A stretch of 64,000 nucleotides of DNA. Origin: SAR324 cluster bacterium (GTDB lineage Bacteria > SAR324 > NAC60-12). Of the stretch, positions 38,582 through 48,750 are shown piece after piece. The notes under the pieces are model-generated. The model was not told the DNA's origin. It saw nothing but the letters and a program-made list of their open reading frames with translations, and searched no databases. The DNA lies in NCBI GenBank assembly GCA_022448485.1, contig JAKUUI010000004.1, forward strand, positions 5,715 to 69,714, in the 5' to 3' direction. Position 1 is the stretch's first letter. The number at the start of each line of letters is the position of its first letter. A program made the position numbers and the translations under genes.

Positions 38582-40021
38582 CTAGTTAGATTTGCTGGCA
38601 AAGCGCAGGATATCCGTTAATCCCATTGGCGGAAACAACCAGTAGTCCGGAAGATATCCGGAGGGTGAAACTGGCTTTCCCCGATGATCCAGATGCATCC
38701 GATGGCTGAATGAAAGCATGATGCTGGAATGCTTCAGTTGATAAATTGGTCCGGAAATGTTTTTGGGAAAAGGTCCTGTATTTGTGCCAATAAGAATTCC
38801 ATTGGGGATTTGTCTGGTCAAGGCTGCCAAGAACTGGCAACCGTTTCCACAGTGCTGGTTGGCTATAACGATCAGACGTGTGTTCCACTTTGGTGCGTTG
38901 TTTTGTCCATTGAAAATGAATTTTGTTTCTACCCATTTTTCATCAATACCTTTGTCCCTGAAATGATTAATAAGTGCCTGCAACTGCATACGTTTTTGTT
39001 CCAGTTGATGTTGTCCTATCAGTAAACGTGGTGTGGAATGATGCAGATTCCATTGTACTCTGTTCAGCAGGCCCTTTAAGACAGGGAGTGTTTGCCGTTC
39101 CCGTACAATCACGTTTTTCCAATGATTGCTTGTAAATTCCTTGAGCCACTTTTCAATAAACGCAAAACTTCCATTCCTATTACCCCGTACATCGATGATC
39201 AGTGTGCGGGTTGTTTGTAATTTTCTGGCAAGTTTCTGGAACTGCTTTACTGCGATCTCTTCAGGTTTACCATCCCTGTACCAGCGAACGTAAGGTGTCC
39301 TCCCTACCTTGTATTCATATACGGGCATTTCAGGTCGATTCAGTTCGGCCTCAGACATAATCAGTGGAAGGAGGATTTGCTGTTTTACTGCAGAATCATT
39401 TTCGAATGTACAATCTAGGGATTGAAGTTGATGATTGGCCTGTTGCCCCAACATGAAAAGCAATTCAGACTGCCTCTCCGGCAAAACGGGGAAGAACACC
39501 TCTTGTGTTGTCTTGCAGTCGATGAACCAGTGATTGACAATATTTTTCGGCTGCTTCAGAGAGGGCAAGACACGAAAGCGCTCCTGTTGCTGTGCCATGC
39601 GGATTCCTGAGTAAAATGCTACTTTTGGTTCAATCCGTTGAACGTAATGTCGTTTATTTAAAAATAGATCTGCCTGTAAATTAGAATCTTCTGTAAACTC
39701 CAAAGCTTTTATCAACTGCTTTTGAAAATGATGTGTCAGAGTGGGATTAGTCTTTGTTAACATTTGATCTGCTAATTTTTTAAAGGCTGATTGCCAACTT
39801 ACTCCGGCCTTCTCTAGAAGTGGATAGCGGACATAATTGTCTTGCAGTAAGCGTTCTGCTTGATGTAAATCTTCCTGAATTTGATTATCTGAAAGAAATA
39901 AGGGTCCGCTTCCGGAAAAGTCAAGAGATTGTATTGACGACTCAACACCAACTGAAATTCCAGCGAACGGCAGGCTGAATAATGTAGAAAAAAGGCTGAT
40001 CTTCGCAAAGAGTTTAAACAC
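38582..40021 (-). CDS. Peptidase S41-like (tail-specific protease fold) secreted protein, Ser-motif positions occupied by Cys
   Basis: Signal peptide, then LIIDVRGNRNGSF (S41 hallmark), and IVIANQHCGNGCQFLAALTR at the position of the canonical FSASASEIFA motif. Confidence 0.55.
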   Translation of the reverse strand: MFKLFAKISLFSTLFSLPFAGISVGVESSIQSLDFSGSGPLFLSDNQIQEDLHQAERLLQDNYVRYPLLEKAGVSWQSAFKKLADQMLTKTNPTLTHHFQKQLIKALEFTEDSNLQADLFLNKRHYVQRIEPKVAFYSGIRMAQQQERFRVLPSLKQPKNIVNHWFIDCKTTQEVFFPVLPERQSELLFMLGQQANHQLQSLDCTFENDSAVKQQILLPLIMSEAELNRPEMPVYEYKVGRTPYVRWYRDGKPEEIAVKQFQKLARKLQTTRTLIIDVRGNRNGSFAFIEKWLKEFTSNHWKNVIVRERQTLPVLKGLLNRVQWNLHHSTPRLLIGQHQLEQKRMQLQALINHFRDKGIDEKWVETKFIFNGQNNAPKWNTRLIVIANQHCGNGCQFLAALTRQIPNGILIGTNTGPFPKNISGPIYQLKHSSIMLSFSHRMHLDHRGKPVSPSGYLPDYWLFPPMGLTDILRFASKSN

Positions 40022-40030
40022 CGAAATACC

Positions 40031-40933
40031 TTAATTAATTATCTTTTTATTGTTATTTCTTAATGCCTTAGCAGGATTCATTTTTTCATTTTGCAAATAA
40101 TCTTCAAAAAGATTCAACCACTCTGTAAAAGCTAATGATTCTGGGCGGCGGAGAGCAAACTTTTCGCTAAGTAAATCTTCGCAGTTTTGATACCATTCCG
40201 GGAAATGACTGCGGATTCCATTAAGTAAAGTTTTTCTTCGCTGCTGAAACAGAAGATGACTCCACTTTAGAAACAGTTTTTCTTCTTCATGAGTGAGTCC
40301 TGAATTTCGAGGAACAAGACGGATTACTGACGAATCAACTTTTGGTGCTGGCCTAAAAGAATCTGGACGAATTGTTTTAATAATCTTGCTCTGAAAGCCC
40401 AGAGCTCCAACTAGAGATAATGGGCCATAAGATTTTCCGGATTCAGGTGTAGCGCAAATCCGCCTAGCCACTTCCAACTGAATCATTAAAGTCAAAGACT
40501 GCCATGTTTTGCGGACAGGAAGTATCCGTAATAATAATGGAGTAACAATATTGTATGGTAAATTTGCAACCACTTTTGCATGAGCACTTACTAATTTGGC
40601 CAGAGCTTCAGGTGCAAGTTCCATCACGTCCTGCTCAAGCAAAGTGAATCCTTCTACGTTCTCAAATTGTTTTCTTAATTTATCACACAACTCCGGATCA
40701 ACTTCAACAGCAGTGACTTGTGCATTTCTCTTCAACAGTGAACGGGTTAGCATTCCGTGGCCGGGACCAATTTCCAGAATGGAATCTTCATTTTGGACAT
40801 CTGCGGCATCAACAATTATTTCTGCCACTTTTTGGTGGATAAGAAAATTTTGACCCCACTTTTTTTTTGCCATTCGATATTTGAACTGGATGCTTTTTGA
40901 TTTAAGCTGGAATATGGTTGCTGGTCTCTTCAA
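40031..40933 (-). CDS. rsmA: 16S rRNA (adenine1518/1519-N6)-dimethyltransferase RsmA/KsgA
   Basis: KKWGQNFLIHQKVAEIIVDAA...ILEIGPGHGMLTRSLL, NLPYNIVTPLL. Length 300 aa, with a short C-terminal extension. Confidence 0.9.
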   Translation of the reverse strand: MKRPATIFQLKSKSIQFKYRMAKKKWGQNFLIHQKVAEIIVDAADVQNEDSILEIGPGHGMLTRSLLKRNAQVTAVEVDPELCDKLRKQFENVEGFTLLEQDVMELAPEALAKLVSAHAKVVANLPYNIVTPLLLRILPVRKTWQSLTLMIQLEVARRICATPESGKSYGPLSLVGALGFQSKIIKTIRPDSFRPAPKVDSSVIRLVPRNSGLTHEEEKLFLKWSHLLFQQRRKTLLNGIRSHFPEWYQNCEDLLSEKFALRRPESLAFTEWLNLFEDYLQNEKMNPAKALRNNNKKIIN

Positions 40934-41099
40934 ATGAGCGAATTTTGGTCAATATACTTAGAGTTGTTTTTCTAAGAAAGATAATTTTACCTTAGAAGAG
41001 GAGCCAAATAAAAGCAAATATCTGTTTTTTATCAAATCATTTTATATAAAATAGGGCTTGACTTAATGTATTTGTTGAAATAGGATTTACACTAATTAC

Positions 41100-41223
41100 T
41101 AAAATCCAATAATTGAATAATCTCCGATTCGCCAAAACCTAACGTGACAACCATGGTTTGGCGAACGATAGGGCTGACATGGAAACTGGTCTGCCTCCCG
41201 ACTTTGGAAAGGAGAACCCACCG
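41100..41223 (+). promoter_or_regulatory. Candidate Moco (molybdenum cofactor) riboswitch / structured leader of moaA
   Basis: A 9-10 bp hairpin cgccaaaacc...ggtttggcg is followed by gcctcccgactttggaaaggagaacccaccgATG. The CUCC could pair with the GGAG ribosome-binding site. It sits directly 5' of moaA. Confidence 0.3.
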
Positions 41224-42171
41224 ATGATTGATCATCACGGTCGAAACATCAATAAGCTCCGCATTTCTCTAAGTGAGGTCTGCAACATGGCCTGTACTTA
41301 TTGTGTCACCAGCCTTAGCGATCACAAGCGTGCTCCTGACGAATTGAGTATGGATCAAATGTTGAGCTTAATCAGGATTCTAAAAGATCATGCCGGAATT
41401 GAAAAGGTGCGTCTTACTGGAGGGGAGCCGCTACTCTATCCTAACCTAATTAAAGTTATTTCTGGAATTCGTGATTTGGGAATCACTAGCATCGGCATGA
41501 CATCTAATGGTCAGTTGTTGGCGAGAAAAGCAAAAGCTCTTTCCGAAGCAGGTCTCAAGAACGTTAACCTAAGTCTTGACTCCCTTGACCCAGAAAAATT
41601 TAAACGTTTGGGACGAGTTGGTAAACTTCATAAAACACTGGAGGGAATTGAAGAGTGTTTGAAATATGGACTTCGGGTTAAAGTCAACATGGTCGTAATC
41701 AAGGGTGAGAACGATGAAGAGATCGTTAAAATGCTTGAATACGGCGTGGCTCGGGGGGTTGAAGTACGTTACCTCGAGCTTATGGGAATGGGACCACTCT
41801 ACAAAAAAGATGATTTTAAACTAGTGTATATGCACGAAATTCTGGAGCGAATTTCAGAACGTTATACAATACAGCCTGTTTCCACGGATTCTGATTCAAC
41901 TTCGCTTCGTTATTGGGTTCCTGGTGGATTTTTTGGAATTATCCCAAATAACAGCGCACCTTTTTGCTCTACCTGTTCCCGCTTGCGTCTTACTTCCAAT
42001 GGTCAACTCATTGGTTGCTTGAGTAACCCGACTCCAATTTCTATCCGACATTTTTTGGATCATCCTGATCCATCAGTGCCACTGCAAAATCTTGTTAAAA
42101 AATCTATTTCGTACAAACAAGATGTAGCATTCACTGGCTCTACTCTTGTCATGTCCCGTGTTGGTGGTTAG
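41224..42171 (+). CDS. moaA: GTP 3',8-cyclase MoaA (radical SAM)
   Basis: LRISLSEVCNMACTYCV cluster and the C-terminal auxiliary cluster CSTCSRLRLTSNGQLIGCL. The start is chosen at the Met preceded by AAGGAG (the ORF track starts at 41158). Confidence 0.8.
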   Translation: MIDHHGRNINKLRISLSEVCNMACTYCVTSLSDHKRAPDELSMDQMLSLIRILKDHAGIEKVRLTGGEPLLYPNLIKVISGIRDLGITSIGMTSNGQLLARKAKALSEAGLKNVNLSLDSLDPEKFKRLGRVGKLHKTLEGIEECLKYGLRVKVNMVVIKGENDEEIVKMLEYGVARGVEVRYLELMGMGPLYKKDDFKLVYMHEILERISERYTIQPVSTDSDSTSLRYWVPGGFFGIIPNNSAPFCSTCSRLRLTSNGQLIGCLSNPTPISIRHFLDHPDPSVPLQNLVKKSISYKQDVAFTGSTLVMSRVGG

Positions 42172-42272
42172 TCTGCATTTTTACCCACAGGGTAACACTT
42201 GCATTTTATGACAGTTTCCTGTAAAAGTTTCGGTTATACATAGAACAAACTGAAGCTACTGTTTGCTAAGTA

Positions 42273-43886
42273 TTGACCTATTTGCCTCTGGAGACTGTCA
42301 CTATGCGCACATTATTTCTGCAAACAACTTTTGTCATTCTCGCCATTAACGTGTTTTCCTACTTTTATCTACCGGAAGTTCTCTGGTCGATGGTTATTTT
42401 CGGACCGCTCATTTTGCTTGGTCTGCGAGACATCACTCAAAAATCTCACTCCATCTTGCGAAATTTCCCTGTTTTAGGACACATGCGTTTTTTGCTTGAG
42501 GAAATTCGTCCGGAAATGCAGCAGTATTTTGTGGAATCTGAACAAAGCGGGCGTCCTTTTAGTAGAGAACAGCGAAGCGTAGTGTACGCACGAGCAAAGA
42601 ATGCCCGTGATACGGTGCCTTTCGGCACTGTTGAAAATGTTTATGAAACAGGCTACGAATGGGTCAATCACTCACTCAGCCCAAAACATATGGAGCCTTC
42701 GGATCTGCGGGTTGTGATTGGCGGGACAGACTGCAAGCAGCCTTATTCAGCAAGTCTTCTCAATATTTCAGCAATGAGCTTTGGCGCTCTGAGTAAAAAC
42801 GCTGTGATTGCACTCAATCAAGGTGCAAAAATCGGTGCTTTTGCTCACAATACTGGGGAAGGAGGTCTCAGCCCGTATCATCTTCAGGGAGGAGATTTAA
42901 TCTGGCAAATTGGAACTGGTTATTTTGGATGTCGCGACAATGATGGAAAGTTTAGTCCGGAAACTTTTTCAAAAAAGTCGACAACAGAAGAAGTCAAAAT
43001 GATTGAAATAAAACTGTCCCAAGGTGCAAAACCTGGACATGGGGGAATCCTACCAGCTGCTAAACTGACTGCAGAAATTGCTAAAATTCGGGATGTGCCA
43101 ATGGGACAGGATGTGAACTCTCCTCCTGGGCATAGCGCCTTTGCAAATCCTCTTGAACTGATGGAATTCGTCAAGCATCTTCGGGAATTGTCCGGAGGAA
43201 AACCAATCGGATTTAAGTTGTGTGTGGGAAAACGAAGGGAGTTTATGTCCATTTGCAAAGCTATGAAAGAAACTGGAATTACTCCGGACTTTGTGAGTGT
43301 AGATGGCGGTGAAGGAGGAACTGGTGCGGCACCCTTGGAATTTTCTAATCATATTGGAACTCCGCTCGTTGAGGGGCTGATTTTTGTGCATAACGTTTTG
43401 GCTGGATTTGATTTAAGAAAAAAAATAAAAGTTATCGGTGGTGGGAAAATGACATCAGGATTTGAATTGGTCAAGCTACTTGCTTTGGGCGCGGACCTTT
43501 GTTATTCAGCAAGAGCCATGATGATAGCACTGGGTTGTATTCAAGCCCGTAAGTGCAATTCTAATGTTTGTCCAGTTGGTGTCACCACACAAAACCCCAG
43601 TTTGGTGGGGGCACTTGTTCCGGATGACAAAAGTAAGCGTGTCTATAATTTCCATCGAAATACTGTGGCCAGTGCCAGCGAAATCATGGGGGCAATGGGA
43701 TTGGATAAAGCAGAAGATCTAAGACCCTGGCACTTGATGCGTAGAATCGAGGCCTATGAAATCCGTAACTTTTCCGAAATCTACGAATACATTGAGGAAG
43801 GTTCTCTCCTTGAAGATACCAAACCAAAGAGCTATGCGCGAGCCTGTGAGGCGGCACGCTCCGATAGTTTTTCGGAAACCAATTAA
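42273..43886 (+). CDS. Glutamate synthase domain-2-like (FMN-binding GltB-related) family protein with an N-terminal TM anchor
   Basis: LLNISAMSFGALSKNAVIALNQGAKIGAFAHNTGEGGLSPYH, and a C-terminal Cys cluster CIQARKCNSNVCPVGV, as in GltB-domain-2 standalone proteins. Confidence 0.8.
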   Translation: MTYLPLETVTMRTLFLQTTFVILAINVFSYFYLPEVLWSMVIFGPLILLGLRDITQKSHSILRNFPVLGHMRFLLEEIRPEMQQYFVESEQSGRPFSREQRSVVYARAKNARDTVPFGTVENVYETGYEWVNHSLSPKHMEPSDLRVVIGGTDCKQPYSASLLNISAMSFGALSKNAVIALNQGAKIGAFAHNTGEGGLSPYHLQGGDLIWQIGTGYFGCRDNDGKFSPETFSKKSTTEEVKMIEIKLSQGAKPGHGGILPAAKLTAEIAKIRDVPMGQDVNSPPGHSAFANPLELMEFVKHLRELSGGKPIGFKLCVGKRREFMSICKAMKETGITPDFVSVDGGEGGTGAAPLEFSNHIGTPLVEGLIFVHNVLAGFDLRKKIKVIGGGKMTSGFELVKLLALGADLCYSARAMMIALGCIQARKCNSNVCPVGVTTQNPSLVGALVPDDKSKRVYNFHRNTVASASEIMGAMGLDKAEDLRPWHLMRRIEAYEIRNFSEIYEYIEEGSLLEDTKPKSYARACEAARSDSFSETN

Positions 43887-43957
43887 TAAATGCGACTCTC
43901 CCTGAGTTTGCTATGTAATGCATCTCTAATATTGATAACTGTAAACTGAAAAATATA

Positions 43958-45598
43958 ATGAAAGCCTCTGATTTATTTGTTAAAGCTTTGGAAGAAGAGG
44001 GTGTTGAACATATTTTTGGCATTCCAGGAGAAGAGAATCTGGACCTGCTCAATTCTCTTAAAGATTCCTCAATCAAGTTGATTCTGACTCGTCACGAACA
44101 GGCAGCTGGATTCATGGCTTCAACTTACGGACGACTCACTGGAAAAACCGGAGTCTGTATGTCTACACTTGGTCCGGGTGCTACCAATCTGGTAACTGCT
44201 GCTGCTTATGCCCAACTTGCAGCAATGCCGATGGTAATGATTACTGGGCAAAAGCCGGTGAAGCACAGCAAACAGGGCAAGTTCCAGATTGTCGATGTGG
44301 TCGAAATGATGCGACCATTGACAAAATATACGAAGTCAATTGTGAGCGGGAACAACATCCCTCCACTAGTGCGGGAAGCTTTCAGGATTACTCAGGAAGA
44401 ACGTCCGGGTGCAGCACATTTGGAATTACCGGAAGACGTAGCGAATGAAGATACTACAGCTCAGCCCTTGCCCTGCAGTCGTGCCCGCCGTCCAGTACCT
44501 GAAGAAAAGGCGATCAAGCAGGCCGTGGAAATGATTGAAAACGCAAAAAATCCGCTACTCTTGATCGGAGCAGGATCCAATAGGAAAAGGCCTGGTCGTA
44601 TGTTGCGGTCGTTTGTGGATAAAACCCAAATGCCTTTTATCAGTACCCAAATGGGGAAGGGTGTGCTTGATGAACGTGATCCTCTGTTTTTGGGTAATGC
44701 TGCGCTGTCAGCTAATGATTTTTTGCACCGTGCCATTTCGAAAGCTGATTTGATCATTAACGTTGGCCATGACGACATTGAAAAGCCTCCTTTTTTTATG
44801 GAACAGGACTCATTTCAGGTAATTCATATCAATTTTTCTTCGGCAGAAGTCGACCCCGTTTATTTTCCGCAACTGGAAGTTATTGGTGATATTGCAAATA
44901 GCATCTGGCAAATCAAAGAAAGGATAATGCCTCAAAGCACTTGGAATTTTTCTTATTCTTTGAAAGTCAAAGAAGCCGTCGAATCTCATTTGTTGGAAGG
45001 TGCAGATGATCCACGGTTTCCAATGCTACCGCAAAGATTTGTTGCAGATGTGCGTGAAGCGATGCCTTCCAACGGGATTATCGCACTTGACAACGGCGTT
45101 TACAAAATTTGGTTCGCACGCAATTACAAGGCCTTTGAGCCAAACACAGTTTTACTAGACAACGCTTTAGCCACAATGGGTGCTGGCCTGCCTTCTGCAA
45201 TGGGAGCCCACATGGTTTACCCGGATCGGAAAGTGATGGCCATTTGCGGAGATGGTGGTTTCATGATGAATGCCCAGGAATTGGAAACTGCAGTACGACT
45301 GAAAATGAATTTGACCTGCCTGATTCTGAGGGATGACTCTTATGGGATGATTCGATGGAAGCAGGCGAATATGGGATTTGATGATTTCGGTCTTGAATAC
45401 GGGAATCCGGATTTTGTCAAGTTTGCTGCATGCCATGGTGCAAACGGTTATCGTGTGGAGAAAACTGATGATTTTGTTCCGCTTTTGAAAAAATGTCATG
45501 AAATGCCCGGAGTCCATCTTGTTGAACTGCCAGTTGATTATTCTGAAAACGATCGTATTTTGAATCACGAAATTAAAGAACGAAGCCAAAAAATTTGA
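43958..45598 (+). CDS. Acetolactate synthase-like thiamine diphosphate enzyme (AlsS/IlvB family)
   Basis: N-terminal TPP-Pyr domain FGIPGEENLDLL, central domain, and TPP-binding motif GDGGFMMNAQELETA. Confidence 0.85.
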   Translation: MKASDLFVKALEEEGVEHIFGIPGEENLDLLNSLKDSSIKLILTRHEQAAGFMASTYGRLTGKTGVCMSTLGPGATNLVTAAAYAQLAAMPMVMITGQKPVKHSKQGKFQIVDVVEMMRPLTKYTKSIVSGNNIPPLVREAFRITQEERPGAAHLELPEDVANEDTTAQPLPCSRARRPVPEEKAIKQAVEMIENAKNPLLLIGAGSNRKRPGRMLRSFVDKTQMPFISTQMGKGVLDERDPLFLGNAALSANDFLHRAISKADLIINVGHDDIEKPPFFMEQDSFQVIHINFSSAEVDPVYFPQLEVIGDIANSIWQIKERIMPQSTWNFSYSLKVKEAVESHLLEGADDPRFPMLPQRFVADVREAMPSNGIIALDNGVYKIWFARNYKAFEPNTVLLDNALATMGAGLPSAMGAHMVYPDRKVMAICGDGGFMMNAQELETAVRLKMNLTCLILRDDSYGMIRWKQANMGFDDFGLEYGNPDFVKFAACHGANGYRVEKTDDFVPLLKKCHEMPGVHLVELPVDYSENDRILNHEIKERSQKI

Positions 45599-45621
45599 GT
45601 TTTTAAGAGAGATTCTCCTGA

Positions 45622-47094
45622 ATGGAAAAGTATGATCTGTGTATAATTGGAGGAGGACCATCCGGTTACGCAGCTTCAATGCGTGCGGTTGATTTTAATA
45701 AAACTGTTTTGCTTGTGGAGCGTGACCGCCTTGGTGGTGCCGGAATATACGACGGTGCGCTTTCCTCTAAAACCTTCTGGGAAATTTCTAAAGAATTTGC
45801 CTCTTTCAGTAAAAAAATGCGCCACTACGGATTGGCTGAACCGGATGTTCATTTTAATAATGTTCTTCAAGAAGTTAATGATGCGGTTTTGGAACGTTCC
45901 GAACAACTTGAAGAACATCTTCAAATGATCATTCAACTGCGTCCCGATTCCTTCCGGTTTCTCAAAGGCAGTGCCAGGTTACTTAGTTCAAGTGAGGTTG
46001 AGGTTAAATCAGATTCCGGAAAACATAAGGTATTTGCAGAAAATATAATTATTGCAACTGGAAGCCGTCCTCGTAAACTCCCCTATATTGCCATTGATGA
46101 AGATATCATCATGACCAGCGACGGTATCAGCTCATTAGAAGAGTTCCCCGAAAGTCTAGTAATTATTGGAGCTGGTGTAATTGGTTGTGAGTTTGCAACC
46201 ATTTTTTCCAATTTCAGAAAAACAAAAGTTCACCTTATTTCCAAAGACGATCGCATTTTACCTTTCGAAGATGCGGACTTGGCTAAAGTGATTGAATCCA
46301 ATTTAGAGACCAATGGAGTGCTGATTCACCGGGAGTCAAACTTAGAGAAAATGGTAATTGCGGACGGTGAGGTTGAATATATCCTGGAACATCCGGATGG
46401 AAAGAGAGAGGTTTTTCACGCAGAAAAAGCTTTGGTTTCAGTGGGACGTGTACCGAATGTAGAAAATACTGGTGTGCAAGAGATAGGAATGGAACTGAGT
46501 GCAGCCGGACATATCATTGATAATGATACGCAAACCAGCATTTCCAATATTTATGCAGTAGGAGATATTACTGCAGACATTGCACTGGTTAACGTCGGTG
46601 AGTTGGAGGGACGCCATGCTGTTGAAAAAATTTACGGCAAACCAAAACGACCGATGATCTACGAAAACATTTCAACTATCATGTTTCTCAATCCGGAGGT
46701 TGCCGGAGTGGGTATGAATGAACAACAGGCTCAAAAAGCAAAGCTGAATTATCGTGTTGCCAGTCTAGATTTTTGCTGCATTCCACGAGCAGTTGCTATG
46801 CGCAACACTCAGGGATTTTTTAAAATACTTGTTACTGATGACGATCAGATGAGAGTCTTGGGTATGCGTGCAGTTGGAGAACATGCTTCCAGCGCAATTC
46901 AGGCTGTTGCTTTGTTGATTGCCACAGACAAGGGTGTTGAGGAATTGGCCGAATTGATCCACCCTCATCCTTCCATCATTGAGGGAATCCAGGAGTGTAT
47001 TCGTATACTCCTCGGAAAATCAATCTACAAACCCTATATTTTTCAGGATTCCCTCCAGTATAAGCATTTCAGATGTGGTCATTACATGGAATGA
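45622..47094 (+). CDS. Dihydrolipoyl dehydrogenase / SthA-family FAD flavoprotein lacking the redox-active cysteine pair
   Basis: YDLCIIGGGPSGYAAS (FAD), LGGAGIYDGALSSKTFWE in place of GGTCLNVGCIPSK, NADH motif VIIGAGVIGCEFATIF, and a C-terminal dimerisation domain with HPHPSIIE. Confidence 0.8.
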   Translation: MEKYDLCIIGGGPSGYAASMRAVDFNKTVLLVERDRLGGAGIYDGALSSKTFWEISKEFASFSKKMRHYGLAEPDVHFNNVLQEVNDAVLERSEQLEEHLQMIIQLRPDSFRFLKGSARLLSSSEVEVKSDSGKHKVFAENIIIATGSRPRKLPYIAIDEDIIMTSDGISSLEEFPESLVIIGAGVIGCEFATIFSNFRKTKVHLISKDDRILPFEDADLAKVIESNLETNGVLIHRESNLEKMVIADGEVEYILEHPDGKREVFHAEKALVSVGRVPNVENTGVQEIGMELSAAGHIIDNDTQTSISNIYAVGDITADIALVNVGELEGRHAVEKIYGKPKRPMIYENISTIMFLNPEVAGVGMNEQQAQKAKLNYRVASLDFCCIPRAVAMRNTQGFFKILVTDDDQMRVLGMRAVGEHASSAIQAVALLIATDKGVEELAELIHPHPSIIEGIQECIRILLGKSIYKPYIFQDSLQYKHFRCGHYME

Positions 47095-47141
47095 ACAATT
47101 GCTGAATCCCACCGATCTACAATCATATATAACCCGATAAA

Positions 47142-48542
47142 ATGTTAAGTACAAAAATTGTTTGCACTATCGGTCCGGCCAGTGATTCTCCAAAAAGATT
47201 GGCAGAACTGGCTGCGGCAGGAATGAATGTGGCACGTTTGAATTTCTCGCATGGAACGCATGATTCTCATAAAAAAATTATTGAGCAAATTCGAAAATTG
47301 AATCGGAGCAGACAATTTCCAATTGCACTATTACTTGATACACAGGGCCCAGAAATCAGGACTGGTAATGAGGTAGTAACTCTTCTTTCCAGCGAACGTG
47401 TCACTGTCAGCTCTCCGCCGCATGAAGAGACAGAAGGTACACTTTTTGTCAACTATAGTGCTTTGAAACGTGATCTGGAGCCAGGAAATTATATTTCCAT
47501 CGACGGCGGTTTGGTGAGTTTAAAGGTTTTGGGTAAAAACGAAAGAGGACTCGATTGCGAAGTGATTGACGGTGGAGTTGTAAAGGGACACAGACATGTT
47601 AATTTGCCGGGAACTATCGTTAAACTGCCTGGTATCACAGAAACTGACAAACAAGATATACTTTTTGGAGTTAAACAAAAAGTTGATGTCATTGCGCTGT
47701 CTTTTGTACGCAGTTCTGAAACGATTCGGGAGGTAAGAGATTTACTTGGAGAACATGCTCAGCATATCAAGATTATTGCTAAAATTGAAAATCAGGAAGG
47801 TGTTGACCGCCTCGTAGAAATTATTCAAGAAGCAGATGGAGTGATGGTTGCCCGTGGTGATTTGGGAATCGAAGTTGAGATGGAAGAGGTTCCGCAAATT
47901 CAAAGACGGATCGCTTATTTGTGCGCTAAATTCGGCAAGCGCTTAATCGTGGCGACACAAATGCTGGAATCAATGATTGAAAATCCGGTGCCAACCAGAG
48001 CAGAAGTTACAGATGTTGCAAACGCAGTTTTTGAACAGTCAGATGCTATTATGCTTTCCGGAGAAACTTCTGTAGGTAAATATCCAGTTCGCTCAGTGGA
48101 AACACTGATACGGATAGCAAGGCGTACAGAAAATTTTCCTGGAGTGAATTTCACCGAAAAATTGATAAAAGGTAATAATGGGCAACACCTCGCTGCATCC
48201 GCAATTCAAATTGCCACAAATTTAAAAATTCGTGCCACTGTTGTTATCACTCGCAATGGTCGAGGAGCAGGATATCTCTCAAATCTGCGTCCACGCCAGA
48301 TTGGAATTTACTCATTCACTAATAGCCCTAAAGTTTTTACTTCCATGATGCTCTACAGAGGCGTCTATCCTTTCTTGATGGAACTGCGGGATAATCCTGA
48401 AGACACGATTCAGGATGCATTGGGGATTCTCCAGAAAACGGAAGGATTTGCTGCTGAAGAGCAAGTAGTTGTTCTTGCCAACATTCTTACAGGGGAGGGT
48501 TATCGCACGTCTCTGCAGATTCGCTCTATTCCTGCTGCTTAG
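47142..48542 (+). CDS. pyk: Pyruvate kinase
   Basis: KIVCTIGPAS...MNVARLNFSHGTHDSH, MVARGDLGIEV, and the C-terminal domain. Length 466 aa. Confidence 0.95.
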   Translation: MLSTKIVCTIGPASDSPKRLAELAAAGMNVARLNFSHGTHDSHKKIIEQIRKLNRSRQFPIALLLDTQGPEIRTGNEVVTLLSSERVTVSSPPHEETEGTLFVNYSALKRDLEPGNYISIDGGLVSLKVLGKNERGLDCEVIDGGVVKGHRHVNLPGTIVKLPGITETDKQDILFGVKQKVDVIALSFVRSSETIREVRDLLGEHAQHIKIIAKIENQEGVDRLVEIIQEADGVMVARGDLGIEVEMEEVPQIQRRIAYLCAKFGKRLIVATQMLESMIENPVPTRAEVTDVANAVFEQSDAIMLSGETSVGKYPVRSVETLIRIARRTENFPGVNFTEKLIKGNNGQHLAASAIQIATNLKIRATVVITRNGRGAGYLSNLRPRQIGIYSFTNSPKVFTSMMLYRGVYPFLMELRDNPEDTIQDALGILQKTEGFAAEEQVVVLANILTGEGYRTSLQIRSIPAA

Positions 48543-48750
48543 CAAAAATGCAACTGCATCTGCAGCTCATAAACTTGAACTTGCTGAAAACAAAAGTGTG
48601 AGTGAATCACGCTCCATGGTTCTTGTTATGGTGCTTCCGGAGTACAACCAGGCTTTGCCGGAGCCGGAAATGTAAATAGCGCCTTAAGTGAGAGAGGAGG
48701 ATGAGGAGTAAGAGGTGTAGCCCAAACTTGCACCATAGATGTCTATCTAC

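Noticed and set aside
41158-41223. Longer MoaA start (MANDRADMETGLPPDFGKENPP...)
   Set aside because: The downstream Met is preceded by a good AAGGAG Shine-Dalgarno and matches the usual MoaA N-terminus. The upstream part is better explained as leader or riboswitch sequence.
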